From a virus, in the IMG/VR virus record IMGVR_UViG_3300002140_000159, positions 1 to 64,000 of that record: a stretch of 64,000 bases of DNA; one strand, given 5' to 3'. A program made the translations under genes and the position numbers. Below are positions 1 to 10,114 of the stretch, one piece after another (the first letter of the stretch is position 1; each line of letters begins with the position of its first letter). The notes below the pieces were generated by a model. That model was not told the DNA's origin and made no database searches. It saw only the letters and a program-made list of their open reading frames with translations.

Positions 1-58
1 AATGTGTTGGACTCCTATGTGTAGGAAGTTACAAGCCACCCCGAAGGATGGCGTTGTA

Positions 59-250
59 TTAGGCTTGGCTAATGAGAGCTTGGACTTCACGCTCTTGAGC
101 GATGAGTTGCTTTTGACGATCGAGGCGAGCCTGATCTAGGAAGACGCCAGAGGTTTCCTCTGACCACTTGGTGATATTGCCGAATGCTAGGCAAAGGTAG
201 GTCATGCCATCAAGTAATGAAATGAACATGATGTTTAATGAACGGAACAT
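59..250 (-). CDS. hypothetical small protein
   Basis: ORF with an AGGAG RBS about 7 nt upstream of the ATG. A similar RBS at 12-19 suggests another leftward gene starting at the window edge. Confidence 0.4.
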   Translation of the reverse strand: MFRSLNIMFISLLDGMTYLCLAFGNITKWSEETSGVFLDQARLDRQKQLIAQEREVQALISQA

Positions 251-335
251 AGTGAACTCCTATAGGATTAATGAACTGGGGTACGTACCCACTGGATGGC
301 TGTAGGCCATGTGTAGGGGGGGGGTATTTGAGTTT

Positions 336-350
336 TAGTGCTCCGCACTA
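336..350. promoter_or_regulatory. 6-bp stem / 3-nt loop hairpin (loop GGA on minus strand), candidate vRNAP-type hairpin promoter
   Basis: TAGTGC-TCC-GCACTA is a perfect inverted repeat inside the 318-bp divergent intergenic region. Confidence 0.3.
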
Positions 351-487
351 ATAAGTCCTACCTCCATACCCATTTTTAAAATTATGTAAAAACCTGCGGT
401 CCTAAAATTTTGCATACTATTTCCACATAACTTTTGGCTTTGTATATACTGACCACTGGTTGATGGTGATTAGTAGTAGGATTTAAT

Positions 488-514
488 AAGGAGCTTCGGC
501 TCCTTCTTTTTTTG
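488..514 (+). terminator. rho-independent terminator with no upstream + strand CDS
   Basis: AAGGAGC-TTCG-GCTCCTT stem-loop followed by a run of T. Confidence 0.6.
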
Positions 515-568
515 GTTTATATATAATGCCGTACCATACACACCCGATACATTAACTATTGGATATAC

Positions 569-1264
569 ATGACGGCACTTACTATTGAACAATTCAAGCA
601 GGCTTTACCAGATAAGGTGAAGAAGTCTGTGAACCAAGAATTAATTGATTCAGTTAATAACACCTTGGCCGATCCTGAGATGTTTGAGGCTTACCGAGAC
701 AACCTGCTGAGTTACACACGGGTAATGGCTGATGGCCGATTTAAGGTGGGCGGCTATGTGGATGCAGTTCGGTATGTGAGCCATAAGCTCATGGGGTGCA
801 GCAACATTGAGGCTTACACCAAGTCATTCCCTGACAAGTACGCCAGGTTCGTGGCCCAAGGCGTGCAGGCTAAGGACATTGCTTCCTATGTCACTGCGTA
901 CAACAAAAGCAAGCTGGTTAACTTAATCTTTGAGCAGACGCTTATTCCAAGCTATGTGCTGAACCAAGATCTATATCAGCGAGCGTTGAATGTGCAGGCT
1001 GAACTCATGGTTCATGCCAAGAGTGAGAAGGTCAGGAGTGACGCTGCTAATTCATTGCTGACACAGCTGAAGATGCCTGAAACACAGAAAGTGGAGCTGG
1101 AGATTGGGATTAAGGAAGACTCTTCTATTGCCCAACTCAGGATGGCAACTATGGAGCTAGCCCGACAGCAGCGCTTGAGTATGGAGTCTGGGTCAATGAA
1201 TGCACAGCAGATTGCACATTCCAGAATTCAAGTTGTAGATGTTGAAGCCAAGGAAGTAATTTGA
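569..1264 (+). CDS. putative terminase small subunit
   Basis: First gene of the packaging operon, upstream of terL. Helical, and 231 aa is typical of TerS. The call is positional only. Confidence 0.35.
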   Translation: MTALTIEQFKQALPDKVKKSVNQELIDSVNNTLADPEMFEAYRDNLLSYTRVMADGRFKVGGYVDAVRYVSHKLMGCSNIEAYTKSFPDKYARFVAQGVQAKDIASYVTAYNKSKLVNLIFEQTLIPSYVLNQDLYQRALNVQAELMVHAKSEKVRSDAANSLLTQLKMPETQKVELEIGIKEDSSIAQLRMATMELARQQRLSMESGSMNAQQIAHSRIQVVDVEAKEVI

Positions 1265-1328
1265 TTGGTTAATAAATAGCTAACCGAATTACACTATAGG
1301 CATTGCGTTCAGACTAAAAAGGTTAACT

Positions 1329-2120
1329 ATGGCCACCGCTCAAAGAAAATCAAATGCCTTGTCATTACCAGATGATATGGTTGCTATTCTGGCCGCAGAA
1401 GATAAGCGTAAAGGCTTTCCCATGGGAACAATGCAGTCATTAATGACGCAAGAAGTGGGTGGGCAAATGGATAAGTATTTAAAAGACCCTACTGCTTATC
1501 ACTATGCACCAAATGCCAAAGGTAAAAGAATTGCTGGACATACTGGCAAAGTATCTACAGCGTTTGGTCCATTCGGTTTATTGGAATCTACAGCTAAAGA
1601 TCCAGGCTATGGTGTTAAACCATTGGCGGATAAGTCTTTTACAGAGCAGCTGCGGTTTGCAAGTGATTACTTGTCTGGCCGCAGCAAAAGTGCTGGCAGT
1701 TTAATTGGTGGGCTAGCTGGATATGGCGAAGGTGCTAAGTACGCTGCGCAAGTAGCAAGGCGCATTGGTCCTGCGAATGTCCCACCTGTACCAGGACTAA
1801 TGCTCGCTCAAGATGCACAAGCCCCGGCAGCTGTAGAAATAGCTGACGCTACGCCTGTACCTTCTGCCGTTTCTCCTGCGGTTTCTGCGCCTGTGCCTGT
1901 GCCTAGCCAAATGCCTGCGTTTGAGGTACCTGACGCATGGCAGGAGTTTCTGATTCGCAGCCGTGCTTCGGGGGTTGCTCCACCAATGGCTACACAAACT
2001 GCGGCGTACCAGCCTATGCCATTGAATGTCCCTGACTTTATGAGCATGGTTGGCTACATGAACAAGGACCGCACACCCACTGGCTTCCAAGCTTTTAACG
2101 GTATGGACGCTTCGACTTGA
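1329..2120 (+). CDS. lytic transglycosylase (SLT)-like protein with Pro/Ala-rich C-terminus
   Basis: STAFGPFGLLESTAKDPGYGV resembles the Slt70-family S-x-AGA-x-GLMQ motif. A candidate catalytic Glu sits in MTQEVGG. The stop overlaps the terL start. Confidence 0.5.
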   Translation: MATAQRKSNALSLPDDMVAILAAEDKRKGFPMGTMQSLMTQEVGGQMDKYLKDPTAYHYAPNAKGKRIAGHTGKVSTAFGPFGLLESTAKDPGYGVKPLADKSFTEQLRFASDYLSGRSKSAGSLIGGLAGYGEGAKYAAQVARRIGPANVPPVPGLMLAQDAQAPAAVEIADATPVPSAVSPAVSAPVPVPSQMPAFEVPDAWQEFLIRSRASGVAPPMATQTAAYQPMPLNVPDFMSMVGYMNKDRTPTGFQAFNGMDAST

Positions 2121-3730
2121 GCACCGATGCTGTCGCTGCAGCCTTAGCTCCTTGGAAAGTAGAGGAGTATCTCAACGCCACTAACTACGCGGTAGATCCC
2201 AAGTACGTTCCAAGTGAGTTTGCGCTGGAGTTTGTCACCTTTATCAAGCTGGTCAATGGCCAACAGGGCGAAGAGCACAAGACGCCATTGGTGCATTACC
2301 GGATGCTTGACACGTTGACCAATGGTGGGCGGCGGGTGGTGAACCTGTGCCACCGGGGGATTGCCAAGACTACTGTGATGGGTGAGTACTTGTTCCTGTA
2401 CATCGCTGTGTACGGCGAGATTCCTGGCTTTGGCCGGATTGATTTGGCGCTGTACGTGTCTGACTCCATTGAGAACGGTGTCAAAAACATGAGAAAGAAC
2501 TTGGAGTTTAGGCACGACAACTCTGAGTTCCTCAAGGAGTACATCCCGGTTATCCGCTTCACAGACATCCGCTGGGAGTTCAAAAACGCAGACGGCAAAG
2601 TATTTATTGTCAAAGGCTACGGCGCCAAGACTGGTGTGCGAGGAGCCAAGGAAATGGGTAAGCGCCCACAGCTGGCAGTGCTCGATGACTTGATCAGCGA
2701 TGAGGATGCTCGCTCTGCCACTGTGGTGTCTGCTGTGGAAGACACGGTCTACAAGGCTGTGAACTATGCGTTGCACCCAACCAAAAACATGATTATCTGG
2801 TCGGGCACACCGTTTAATGCAAAAGATCCTCTGTACAAAGCGGTGGAGTCTGGTGCTTGGATGGTCAATGTGTTCCCTGTGTGCGAGGCATACCCCTGCA
2901 CGCGGGAGGAATTCAAGGGTAGCTGGCCTGACCGGTTCACGTTTGACTATGTCAAAGAGCAGTACGACCTAGCAGTCAAGTCCGGCAAGGTGGAAACTTT
3001 TAACCAGGAATTAATGCTGCGAATTATGAGCGATGAGGATCGCATGATTCAAGACGGAGATATCGGCTGGTACAAACTAGACGCAGTTATCCGCAATAAG
3101 TCTCGCTTTAATTTCTATGTTACCACTGACTTTGCTACATCTGAGAAAGATAAAGCAGACTTCTCTGTTATTAGTGTCTGGGCCTACAACAATGTAGGTG
3201 ATTGGCTTTGGGTAGATGGTATTTGTAAACGCCAACTAATGGACAAGAACATTGATGACTTATTCCGTCTCGCACAAATATACAAACCCCAGTCTGTGGG
3301 GATTGAGGTTACTGGTCAGCAGGGTGGATTCATCCAATGGATCCAAGGACAAATGCTGGAACGCAATATTTACTTCCCTCTTGCTAGCGAAGGAAATGAT
3401 ACCAAGCCAGGAATCAGACCCAATACCAACAAGATGGTACGTTTTAATACCGTGGTGCCTTTGTTCAAAGCACGAAAGATATTTTTCCCAATAGAAAGGA
3501 AGACCGAAGCTACAATTGCAGAGGCGATAAATGAATTAAGCTTGGTATCTGTTTCTGGTTTCAGAAGCAAGCACGATGACTTTCTGGATACTGTATCTAT
3601 GTTGTCTTCACTGACACCATGGAAACCCTCTGAAGAAGCGCCGTTAATTTCCTCTGGTAAATCAAATGGTATGTGGGATCTCGATGTCCAGGAGGACACT
3701 GCGGATCGTATTGCCTCCTATATTGTTTAA
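2117..3730 (+). CDS. terL: terminase large subunit
   Basis: Walker A-like GIAKTT, Walker B LAVLDDLISDE, and the nuclease signature TTDFATSEKDKADFSVISVWA. Confidence 0.9.
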   Translation: MSTDAVAAALAPWKVEEYLNATNYAVDPKYVPSEFALEFVTFIKLVNGQQGEEHKTPLVHYRMLDTLTNGGRRVVNLCHRGIAKTTVMGEYLFLYIAVYGEIPGFGRIDLALYVSDSIENGVKNMRKNLEFRHDNSEFLKEYIPVIRFTDIRWEFKNADGKVFIVKGYGAKTGVRGAKEMGKRPQLAVLDDLISDEDARSATVVSAVEDTVYKAVNYALHPTKNMIIWSGTPFNAKDPLYKAVESGAWMVNVFPVCEAYPCTREEFKGSWPDRFTFDYVKEQYDLAVKSGKVETFNQELMLRIMSDEDRMIQDGDIGWYKLDAVIRNKSRFNFYVTTDFATSEKDKADFSVISVWAYNNVGDWLWVDGICKRQLMDKNIDDLFRLAQIYKPQSVGIEVTGQQGGFIQWIQGQMLERNIYFPLASEGNDTKPGIRPNTNKMVRFNTVVPLFKARKIFFPIERKTEATIAEAINELSLVSVSGFRSKHDDFLDTVSMLSSLTPWKPSEEAPLISSGKSNGMWDLDVQEDTADRIASYIV

Positions 3731-3739
3731 GGATTAGGT

Positions 3740-4480
3740 ATGACGCTTCAAGAAGTATTCGATCAATTAACTTATGGCGAACTGGCTCAGCTTAATATTG
3801 GCGGTGCCGGAACTGGAGTTATTAATGCAACTAATTACACCAGAGTTCTGTCGCATGTCAGTTTAGGTCTGACATCACTGTACAAACGGTTTGATTTAAA
3901 AGAAGGCCGCCTCACTGTGCAGCTGGATCCTTCGATCAGCACTTATTCGTTGAACCGTAAGTTTGCGACTGCTAACACTCGCTCACGAGAACCTATTAAG
4001 TACTTGATGGACTCTGCCGTGCAGCCGTTCCAGGACGATCTGCTCAAAGTAGAACAAGTCCTTACTGACTTGGGCGTTGAGATGGCTCTGAACGACAGGT
4101 CCAATCCACTTTCGGTCATGACTCCGGCTGCGACCACGCTGCGCGTGCCCTTGCCTGTGGTGCTACGCGCAAGAGATTTGCCGGAATGGCTTAAAACAGA
4201 GACGCTGGAAGTGGTGTACCGGGCCAACCATTTCAAGATTGCCACCGAAGACGTTGATCCTGAGATGGTCCTGCTGGAACTTCCTGACGCTTACCAAGAA
4301 GCACTCTTGTATTTTGTGGCCAGTCGGGTAAACAACCCCATTGGTATGAGCAACGAGTTCGACGCATCTAGCAACTACGCCGTCAAATACGAACAAACCT
4401 GTCAGCAGCTGGAGCTGCAGAACCTACAAGTAGATCAGGGCAGCGAAAACACCAGGTTCTCTTCGCGTGGCTGGGCATAA
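3740..4480 (+). CDS. hypothetical virion-module protein
   Basis: Tightly packed between terL and the portal gene. No recognisable domain. Confidence 0.5.
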   Translation: MTLQEVFDQLTYGELAQLNIGGAGTGVINATNYTRVLSHVSLGLTSLYKRFDLKEGRLTVQLDPSISTYSLNRKFATANTRSREPIKYLMDSAVQPFQDDLLKVEQVLTDLGVEMALNDRSNPLSVMTPAATTLRVPLPVVLRARDLPEWLKTETLEVVYRANHFKIATEDVDPEMVLLELPDAYQEALLYFVASRVNNPIGMSNEFDASSNYAVKYEQTCQQLELQNLQVDQGSENTRFSSRGWA

Positions 4481-4492
4481 AGGAAATACCCC

Positions 4493-6652
4493 ATGAATTT
4501 ACTAAAAACTTCCTCAGACGCAGCTAGCAAGCCACTCACCGACTGGAAAAAAGCTCCAACCGTCAAAGATCTAAAGCAAGATCTTCAAGACGCCAAGCCT
4601 ATCCACGACTCCCAGGTCATCAAGATCAATGAGTGGCTGGACAACTTGAACGTCACAGGCAAAGCGAAGATGCCGGTGGTCAAAGGCAGCTCCAGCATTG
4701 TGCCCAAGCTCATCCGCAAGCAAGCAGAGTGGCGCTACGCTTCACTCAGTGAGCCATTTCTGAGCACGGACGATGTGTATAACGTCAAGCCCGTGACCTT
4801 TGAAGACCGTAAAGCTGCACAGCAAAACCAACTGGTTTTAAACCACCAGATCAACAACCGCATCGACAAGACCAAGTTCATTGATGAGTACGTGCGTGCA
4901 GCCGTCGACGAAGGCACAGTCATTGTGCGAGTGGGCTGGCAGTTTGAGGAAGAAGAAATCGAAGTTACTGTGCCGGATGTGCAGTTCCAGGTTAACCCTG
5001 AGATGGGCCCACTGCACGATCAGTTGCATCAGTTAATGGAAAGCTCTCCTAGTGAGTACGCCACCAATGTGCCAGATGAGCTGAAAGAGGCGCATGACCT
5101 GACGATGGAGCAAGGTCAGCCGATTGAGCCAGTCATCATTGGGGAGAAGACAGTCAAGCAGATGAGGACGGTTAAGAACTTTCCTACTGTGGAAGTCTGC
5201 GATTACCGCAACGTGGTGATAGATCCGACCTGCAATGGAGATATCAGCAAGGCCAAGTTCCTGGTGTATAGCTTTGAGTCTTCGCTTGCTGAACTCAAGA
5301 AAGATTCCAAGTACAAGAATCTGGACCGGATTAATGTGGAGGCCAACTCTATTTTGGGCACCCCTGACCACACGGCAGCCGGTGACACCCAGTCGTTTAA
5401 CTTCACTGATGAGCCACGTAAGAAGTTTGTGGTTTATGAGTACTGGGGTTTCAGAGACATTGATGGCTCCGGGTTAATCAAGCCCATTGTGGCGGCTTGG
5501 GTAGGTGACACCATGGTTCGTCTGGAAGACAACCCATTCCCAGACAAAGAGATTCCATTTGTGATGGAGCAGTACTTGCCTGTGCGCAAGTCCAACTATG
5601 GTGAGCCAGATGGTGCGCTGCTGGAAGACAACCAGCGCGTGATCGGCGCTGTAACGCGGGGCATGATTGACATCATGGGTAAGTCGGCCAATGGCCAGAC
5701 GGGTATTCGCAAAGACATGCTCGACACCACCAACCGCAGGAAGTATGACAAAGGCTTGGACTATGAGTTCAATGCCAATGTCGATCCGCGCCAAGGGGTG
5801 TATATGCACACTTACCCAGAAATCCCACAGTCTGCACAGTTCATGCTGCAGCTCCAAAACATGGAAGCTGAGTCCCTAACTGGTGTGAAAGCTTATTCGC
5901 AAGGCGTCTCAGGCCAAGGTTTGGGGGATGTGGCGGTAGGTGTGCGCGGTGCATTAGATGCAGCTTCTAAGCGTGAGCTTGGGATCCTTCGCCGCTTGTC
6001 TAGTGGCTTCATCAAGATTGGTCGCAAGATCATCAGCATGAACGCAGAGTTCCTGTCGGATGAGGAAGTTGTCCGCGTGACCAATGAAGAGTTTGTCACT
6101 GTGCGCAAGGATGACCTTGCAGGCAAGTTTGACTTGCGCTTGTCTATTTCCACAGCGGAAGAGGACAACAACAAGGTTGAAGAGTTGGCTTTCATGTTGC
6201 AAACCATTGGCAACAACATGGATGGTGAACTGCGCAACATGATATTGGCGGATATTGTTCGCCTGAGAAAGATGCCAGACCTGGCCCATAAGATTGAATC
6301 CTACCAGCCCCAGCCTGATCCAATGGCGCAAAAGAAAGCTGAGCTGGAGATTGAATTACTTCAAGCCCAAATTGAGAATGCCCGTGCACAAGCAGGTGAG
6401 CGTCAATCAGGTGCCCAGTTAGATATGGCTAAAGCAGGTACTGAGCAGGTTAAACAACAATATATTAGTTCAGATACTGACTTAAAGAACTTGGAGTTTG
6501 TTGAACAGGAATCTGGCGTACAACAGGAACGGGCCAAGGAACTTCATGGTGAACAGGCTCGTAGCCAAGCCAAATTAAAGCTAATAGACCGTTCATTTGT
6601 TAATGAAGATCGTAATTCTGATTTACTAAAAGAATATCTTCGTGCGCGATGA
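4493..6652 (+). CDS. portal protein
   Basis: 719 aa, positioned between terL and the scaffold/capsid genes. It has a long charged coiled-coil C-terminus (AQKKAELEIELLQAQIENARAQ...). Confidence 0.8.
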   Translation: MNLLKTSSDAASKPLTDWKKAPTVKDLKQDLQDAKPIHDSQVIKINEWLDNLNVTGKAKMPVVKGSSSIVPKLIRKQAEWRYASLSEPFLSTDDVYNVKPVTFEDRKAAQQNQLVLNHQINNRIDKTKFIDEYVRAAVDEGTVIVRVGWQFEEEEIEVTVPDVQFQVNPEMGPLHDQLHQLMESSPSEYATNVPDELKEAHDLTMEQGQPIEPVIIGEKTVKQMRTVKNFPTVEVCDYRNVVIDPTCNGDISKAKFLVYSFESSLAELKKDSKYKNLDRINVEANSILGTPDHTAAGDTQSFNFTDEPRKKFVVYEYWGFRDIDGSGLIKPIVAAWVGDTMVRLEDNPFPDKEIPFVMEQYLPVRKSNYGEPDGALLEDNQRVIGAVTRGMIDIMGKSANGQTGIRKDMLDTTNRRKYDKGLDYEFNANVDPRQGVYMHTYPEIPQSAQFMLQLQNMEAESLTGVKAYSQGVSGQGLGDVAVGVRGALDAASKRELGILRRLSSGFIKIGRKIISMNAEFLSDEEVVRVTNEEFVTVRKDDLAGKFDLRLSISTAEEDNNKVEELAFMLQTIGNNMDGELRNMILADIVRLRKMPDLAHKIESYQPQPDPMAQKKAELEIELLQAQIENARAQAGERQSGAQLDMAKAGTEQVKQQYISSDTDLKNLEFVEQESGVQQERAKELHGEQARSQAKLKLIDRSFVNEDRNSDLLKEYLRAR

Positions 6653-6735
6653 TTTAAATTTGATATATAGTACAGGGCGTTTACTGTATTAATTCAGTAA
6701 ACTCCTCTATTAACTTCTATAGCACTGGTAGATCC

Positions 6736-7077
6736 ATGAGTAATGACACAATCCAAGAGATTGAGCGAAATATTAAACAAGCCAAGAGCTTGGTGGAAAA
6801 TGGCGATGCATTGGAGCGGTTAAAAAATAACAAGGACTTTAAAAAGATAATCCTTGATGGATTCTTTGAGAAAGAAGCCATTCGGTTGGTTCATCTAAAG
6901 GCAGATAGAAATATGCAAAGTGTGGACACACAGAAGTCCATCCTTACACAAATGGATGCGGTAGGCGCATTGCATCAGTATTTCAATGTCATATTTATTC
7001 AGGCTAATCAAGCCAGCAAATCTATTGCTGCCGATGAAGAAGCCCGTGATGAATTGCTTGCAGAGGAACTTGAATAA
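6736..7077 (+). CDS. hypothetical head-module protein
   Basis: ORF whose stop overlaps the start of the scaffold gene (TAATG). Confidence 0.55.
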   Translation: MSNDTIQEIERNIKQAKSLVENGDALERLKNNKDFKKIILDGFFEKEAIRLVHLKADRNMQSVDTQKSILTQMDAVGALHQYFNVIFIQANQASKSIAADEEARDELLAEELE

Positions 7078-8243
7078 TGTCAGATGCTGTTATTGATATC
7101 CCTGACGCAGAAACTGCTGCGCCTGATCAGACTAATTATCTGAGTATGTCGGACGCCGAGATGATGGCAGCAGGTGCCCCATCTGAGGAAGTTCCTGCTG
7201 CTCAAGCTAGTGAGGCAGCTGATGCTGAAGACCTAGAAGATGCTGAGGAAGAGGCCAAGACGCCTGAAGCTGAAGCTGAGGATGACGCAGACGAAGACGA
7301 CGAAGCAGCTGACGAAGGAGCCGATTCGGCGACGCCCGAAGCTGCACAGTCGGATGAGGTTACGCCAGAAGCTACGGCTCCTGAAGCTGACCAGGCTCCT
7401 GAAGACAAGGTGGACTACGAGGCTGAATATAAGCGCCTGATTGCGCCGTTCAAAGCCAATGGCCGTGAGATCCAAGTCAGGTCTGCAGAAGATGCAATTG
7501 CACTCATGCAAATGGGTGCAAACTACAACAAGAAGATGGCGGCTTTAAAGCCGAATCTTAAAATCATGAAGCTGTTGGAAAACAACGGCTTGATGAGTGA
7601 AGAAAAGCTCAGCTTTTTAATTGACCTGGATAAAAAGAATCCAGCCGCAATTAACAAGCTAGTTCAGGAAAGCGGAATGGATCCTATGGATCTTGACGCT
7701 ACAAAAGCAGGCGAGTACAGACCGAAAATTCACGCTGTTGACGACCGAGAGATTGATCTGGATACGGTTCTTGATGAAATTCAAGATACTCCGACGTATG
7801 CCCGGACGCTTGACGTAGTCAGTCAGAAGTGGGACGGTGCAAGCAAACAAGTTATTTCACAGACACCGCAACTGTTGAAGGTTATTAATGCCCACATGGA
7901 GTCGGGCATTTACGACTTGATCAGTAAAGAGGTGGAAAGTGAGCGCATGTTTGGTCGCTTAAATGGTTTGTCTGATATTGAGTCTTACCGGCACGTAGGT
8001 GATGCTATTCAGGCGCGAGGTGGGTTTAATCATTTGACCAATGGTCAAGAAAAACCACAACCTTTGCCTCCTGTAATTGTGGAACCTAAACCGAAGAAGG
8101 TTGAAGACGACAAGCTAAACGATAAAAGGCGAGCTGCAAGCTCCACTAAACCTGTTGCCCCAACGACGGCTATTAAGGATTTCAATCCATTGGCTTTGTC
8201 GGATGAGGAATTCAGCAAACTTGCTGATAACAGGTTCCGTTAA
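7077..8243 (+). CDS. scaffolding protein (acidic)
   Basis: The N-terminal third is extremely Ala/Glu/Asp-rich, the rest is helical, and the gene lies directly upstream of the capsid gene. Confidence 0.6.
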   Translation: MSDAVIDIPDAETAAPDQTNYLSMSDAEMMAAGAPSEEVPAAQASEAADAEDLEDAEEEAKTPEAEAEDDADEDDEAADEGADSATPEAAQSDEVTPEATAPEADQAPEDKVDYEAEYKRLIAPFKANGREIQVRSAEDAIALMQMGANYNKKMAALKPNLKIMKLLENNGLMSEEKLSFLIDLDKKNPAAINKLVQESGMDPMDLDATKAGEYRPKIHAVDDREIDLDTVLDEIQDTPTYARTLDVVSQKWDGASKQVISQTPQLLKVINAHMESGIYDLISKEVESERMFGRLNGLSDIESYRHVGDAIQARGGFNHLTNGQEKPQPLPPVIVEPKPKKVEDDKLNDKRRAASSTKPVAPTTAIKDFNPLALSDEEFSKLADNRFR

Positions 8244-8265
8244 TTAATTCATTAAGGAACTGACT

Positions 8266-9432
8266 ATGTCTATGCAATTTAATGCACCCCCAGCCACGGC
8301 TTCGACCGTTGGCTCGCAAATCACCAATGAGTTTTATCAGAAGAAAGCTCTGATCGAAGCTCAAAAAGAGCAGTACTTCAGCCAGCTGGCCGACGTAGTC
8401 TCAATGCCTAAGAACATGGGCAAGAAAATCAAGCGTTACCACTACTTGCCTTTGCTCGATGACGGCAACATCAACGATCAAGGTATCGACGCTGCAGGCG
8501 TAACCAGTGCTGGCGGTAATTTGTACGGTTCGTCCAAAGACATCGGCACCATCACTGGCAAATTGCCTGTGTTGTCTGAGTCTGGTGGCCGAGTCAACCG
8601 CGTGGGCTTCAAGCGTAAGGAAATTGAAGGTACTTTGGAGAAGTTTGGCTTCTTTGACGAATACACCCAGGAATCTCTGGACTTCGACACCGATGCAGAA
8701 CTCATGTCCCACATCAATCGCGAGATGATCATGGGCGCAAACGAGATCACCGAAGACTCGCTACAGATTGACTTGCTCAGCGCTGCTGGTGTGATCAAGT
8801 ACGCAGGTACTGCCACGTCAAATGCCGGTATGGGCGCAGATGATCTAGTGACTTACAAAGATCTGATGCAGTTGTCTATTGATTTGGACAACAACCGCAC
8901 GCCTAAGCACACCAAGGTGATCAATGGCTCGCGCATGGTTGATACCCGTGTCTTGCCATCAGCTCGTGTGGCTTATATCGGCACTGAGTTGCTGCCAACC
9001 TTCAAAGCCATGAAGGATTTGCATGACAACCCAGCATTTATCGCTGTTGAGAAGTACGCCGCTGGTGGTGAGACTCTGCGCGGTGAAGCCGGTGCTGTTG
9101 ACCAGTTCCGTTTGGTGGTTGTTCCTGAGATGGTCAAGTGGGCTGGCGCTGGTGCAGATGCTTCTGCCGATTCTGCCAACTACGAAACAGGTAATCAGTT
9201 CGACGTGTTCCCAATCTTGGTGGTGGGTGACGAGTCCTTCACGACTGTTGGTTTCCAAACCGATGGTAAGACCGTGAAGTTCAAGATCACTCACAAAGCG
9301 CCAGGTGAGGCTACTGCTGACCGCAATGATCCTTACGGTGAGACAGGCTTCATGAGCATCAAGTGGTACTACGGTTTCATGGCCTTGCGTCCTGAGCGTA
9401 TTGCCTTGATCAAGACTGTTGCCCGTCTGTAA
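8266..9432 (+). CDS. major capsid protein
   Basis: 388 aa, follows the scaffold gene and is followed by a strong terminator. Its N-terminal region resembles N4-type HK97-fold capsid proteins, recognised from memory. Confidence 0.8.
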   Translation: MSMQFNAPPATASTVGSQITNEFYQKKALIEAQKEQYFSQLADVVSMPKNMGKKIKRYHYLPLLDDGNINDQGIDAAGVTSAGGNLYGSSKDIGTITGKLPVLSESGGRVNRVGFKRKEIEGTLEKFGFFDEYTQESLDFDTDAELMSHINREMIMGANEITEDSLQIDLLSAAGVIKYAGTATSNAGMGADDLVTYKDLMQLSIDLDNNRTPKHTKVINGSRMVDTRVLPSARVAYIGTELLPTFKAMKDLHDNPAFIAVEKYAAGGETLRGEAGAVDQFRLVVVPEMVKWAGAGADASADSANYETGNQFDVFPILVVGDESFTTVGFQTDGKTVKFKITHKAPGEATADRNDPYGETGFMSIKWYYGFMALRPERIALIKTVARL

Positions 9433-9444
9433 GCAAGACTAAGA

Positions 9445-9477
9445 GGGGGCGGGCCACAAGCTCGCTCCCTTTTTTTA
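9445..9477 (+). terminator. rho-independent terminator after capsid gene
   Basis: GGGGGCG...CGCTCCC stem (extendable to about 10 bp) followed by T7. Confidence 0.7.
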
Positions 9478-9510
9478 AGTATCTTTTTATCTCCATATTG
9501 AGGAATCGCA

Positions 9511-10089
9511 ATGTCTGATATCGACAACGACAACGAGCAGCCACTTGTGCAAGACGAGCTGACCACCTTAAAGGCGCGAGCCGACATGCTAGGTGTGACA
9601 TACCACCCTGCTATTGGTTTAGAAAAACTCAAAACCAAGGTAGCCGCTGCTTTAAGCGACACCACTGAATCTCCAGCAGCTGAAGACAAAGTTGAAGCAG
9701 CTGCTTCTGAAGTTGAGACATTAAGTGCCAAACGCCTTCGTCTTAAACGTCAGGCCAATGAGTTGGTGCGGATCCGCGTGTCTTGCATGAACCCTGCTAA
9801 GTCGGAGTGGGAAGGCGAGATCTTCACCTGCGGTAACTCACTGATTGGCTCCGTCAAGAAGTTCGTACCTTTCAATGCCGAAGAAGGCTGGCATGTGCCA
9901 CGCATCATCTTTGAGCAAATGAAAGAGCGCCAGTGCCAGATCTTTGTGGCTGTGCGAGATGCACGCGGCAACACCACACGCAAAGGCAAGCTCATCAAAG
10001 AGTTTGCAATTGAAGTGATGGAGCCATTGACCAAAGATGAGTTGTATGACCTGGCTCAACGCCAAGCCATGAGCAAGTCCATCGCCTAA
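9511..10089 (+). CDS. hypothetical virion protein (N-terminal Rho_N/SAP-like helix-extended-helix)
   Basis: LKARADMLGVTYHPAIGLEKLKTKV motif; located in the head module. Confidence 0.5.
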   Translation: MSDIDNDNEQPLVQDELTTLKARADMLGVTYHPAIGLEKLKTKVAAALSDTTESPAAEDKVEAAASEVETLSAKRLRLKRQANELVRIRVSCMNPAKSEWEGEIFTCGNSLIGSVKKFVPFNAEEGWHVPRIIFEQMKERQCQIFVAVRDARGNTTRKGKLIKEFAIEVMEPLTKDELYDLAQRQAMSKSIA

Positions 10090-10114
10090 ACTTCCACCCT
10101 GCCCGGATAGACCT

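Noticed and set aside
7140-7410. Tandem DNA repeat in the acidic region of the scaffold gene
   Set aside because: The repetition is compositional (GAA/GAT/GCT codons for an E/D/A-rich peptide), with no defined repeat unit.
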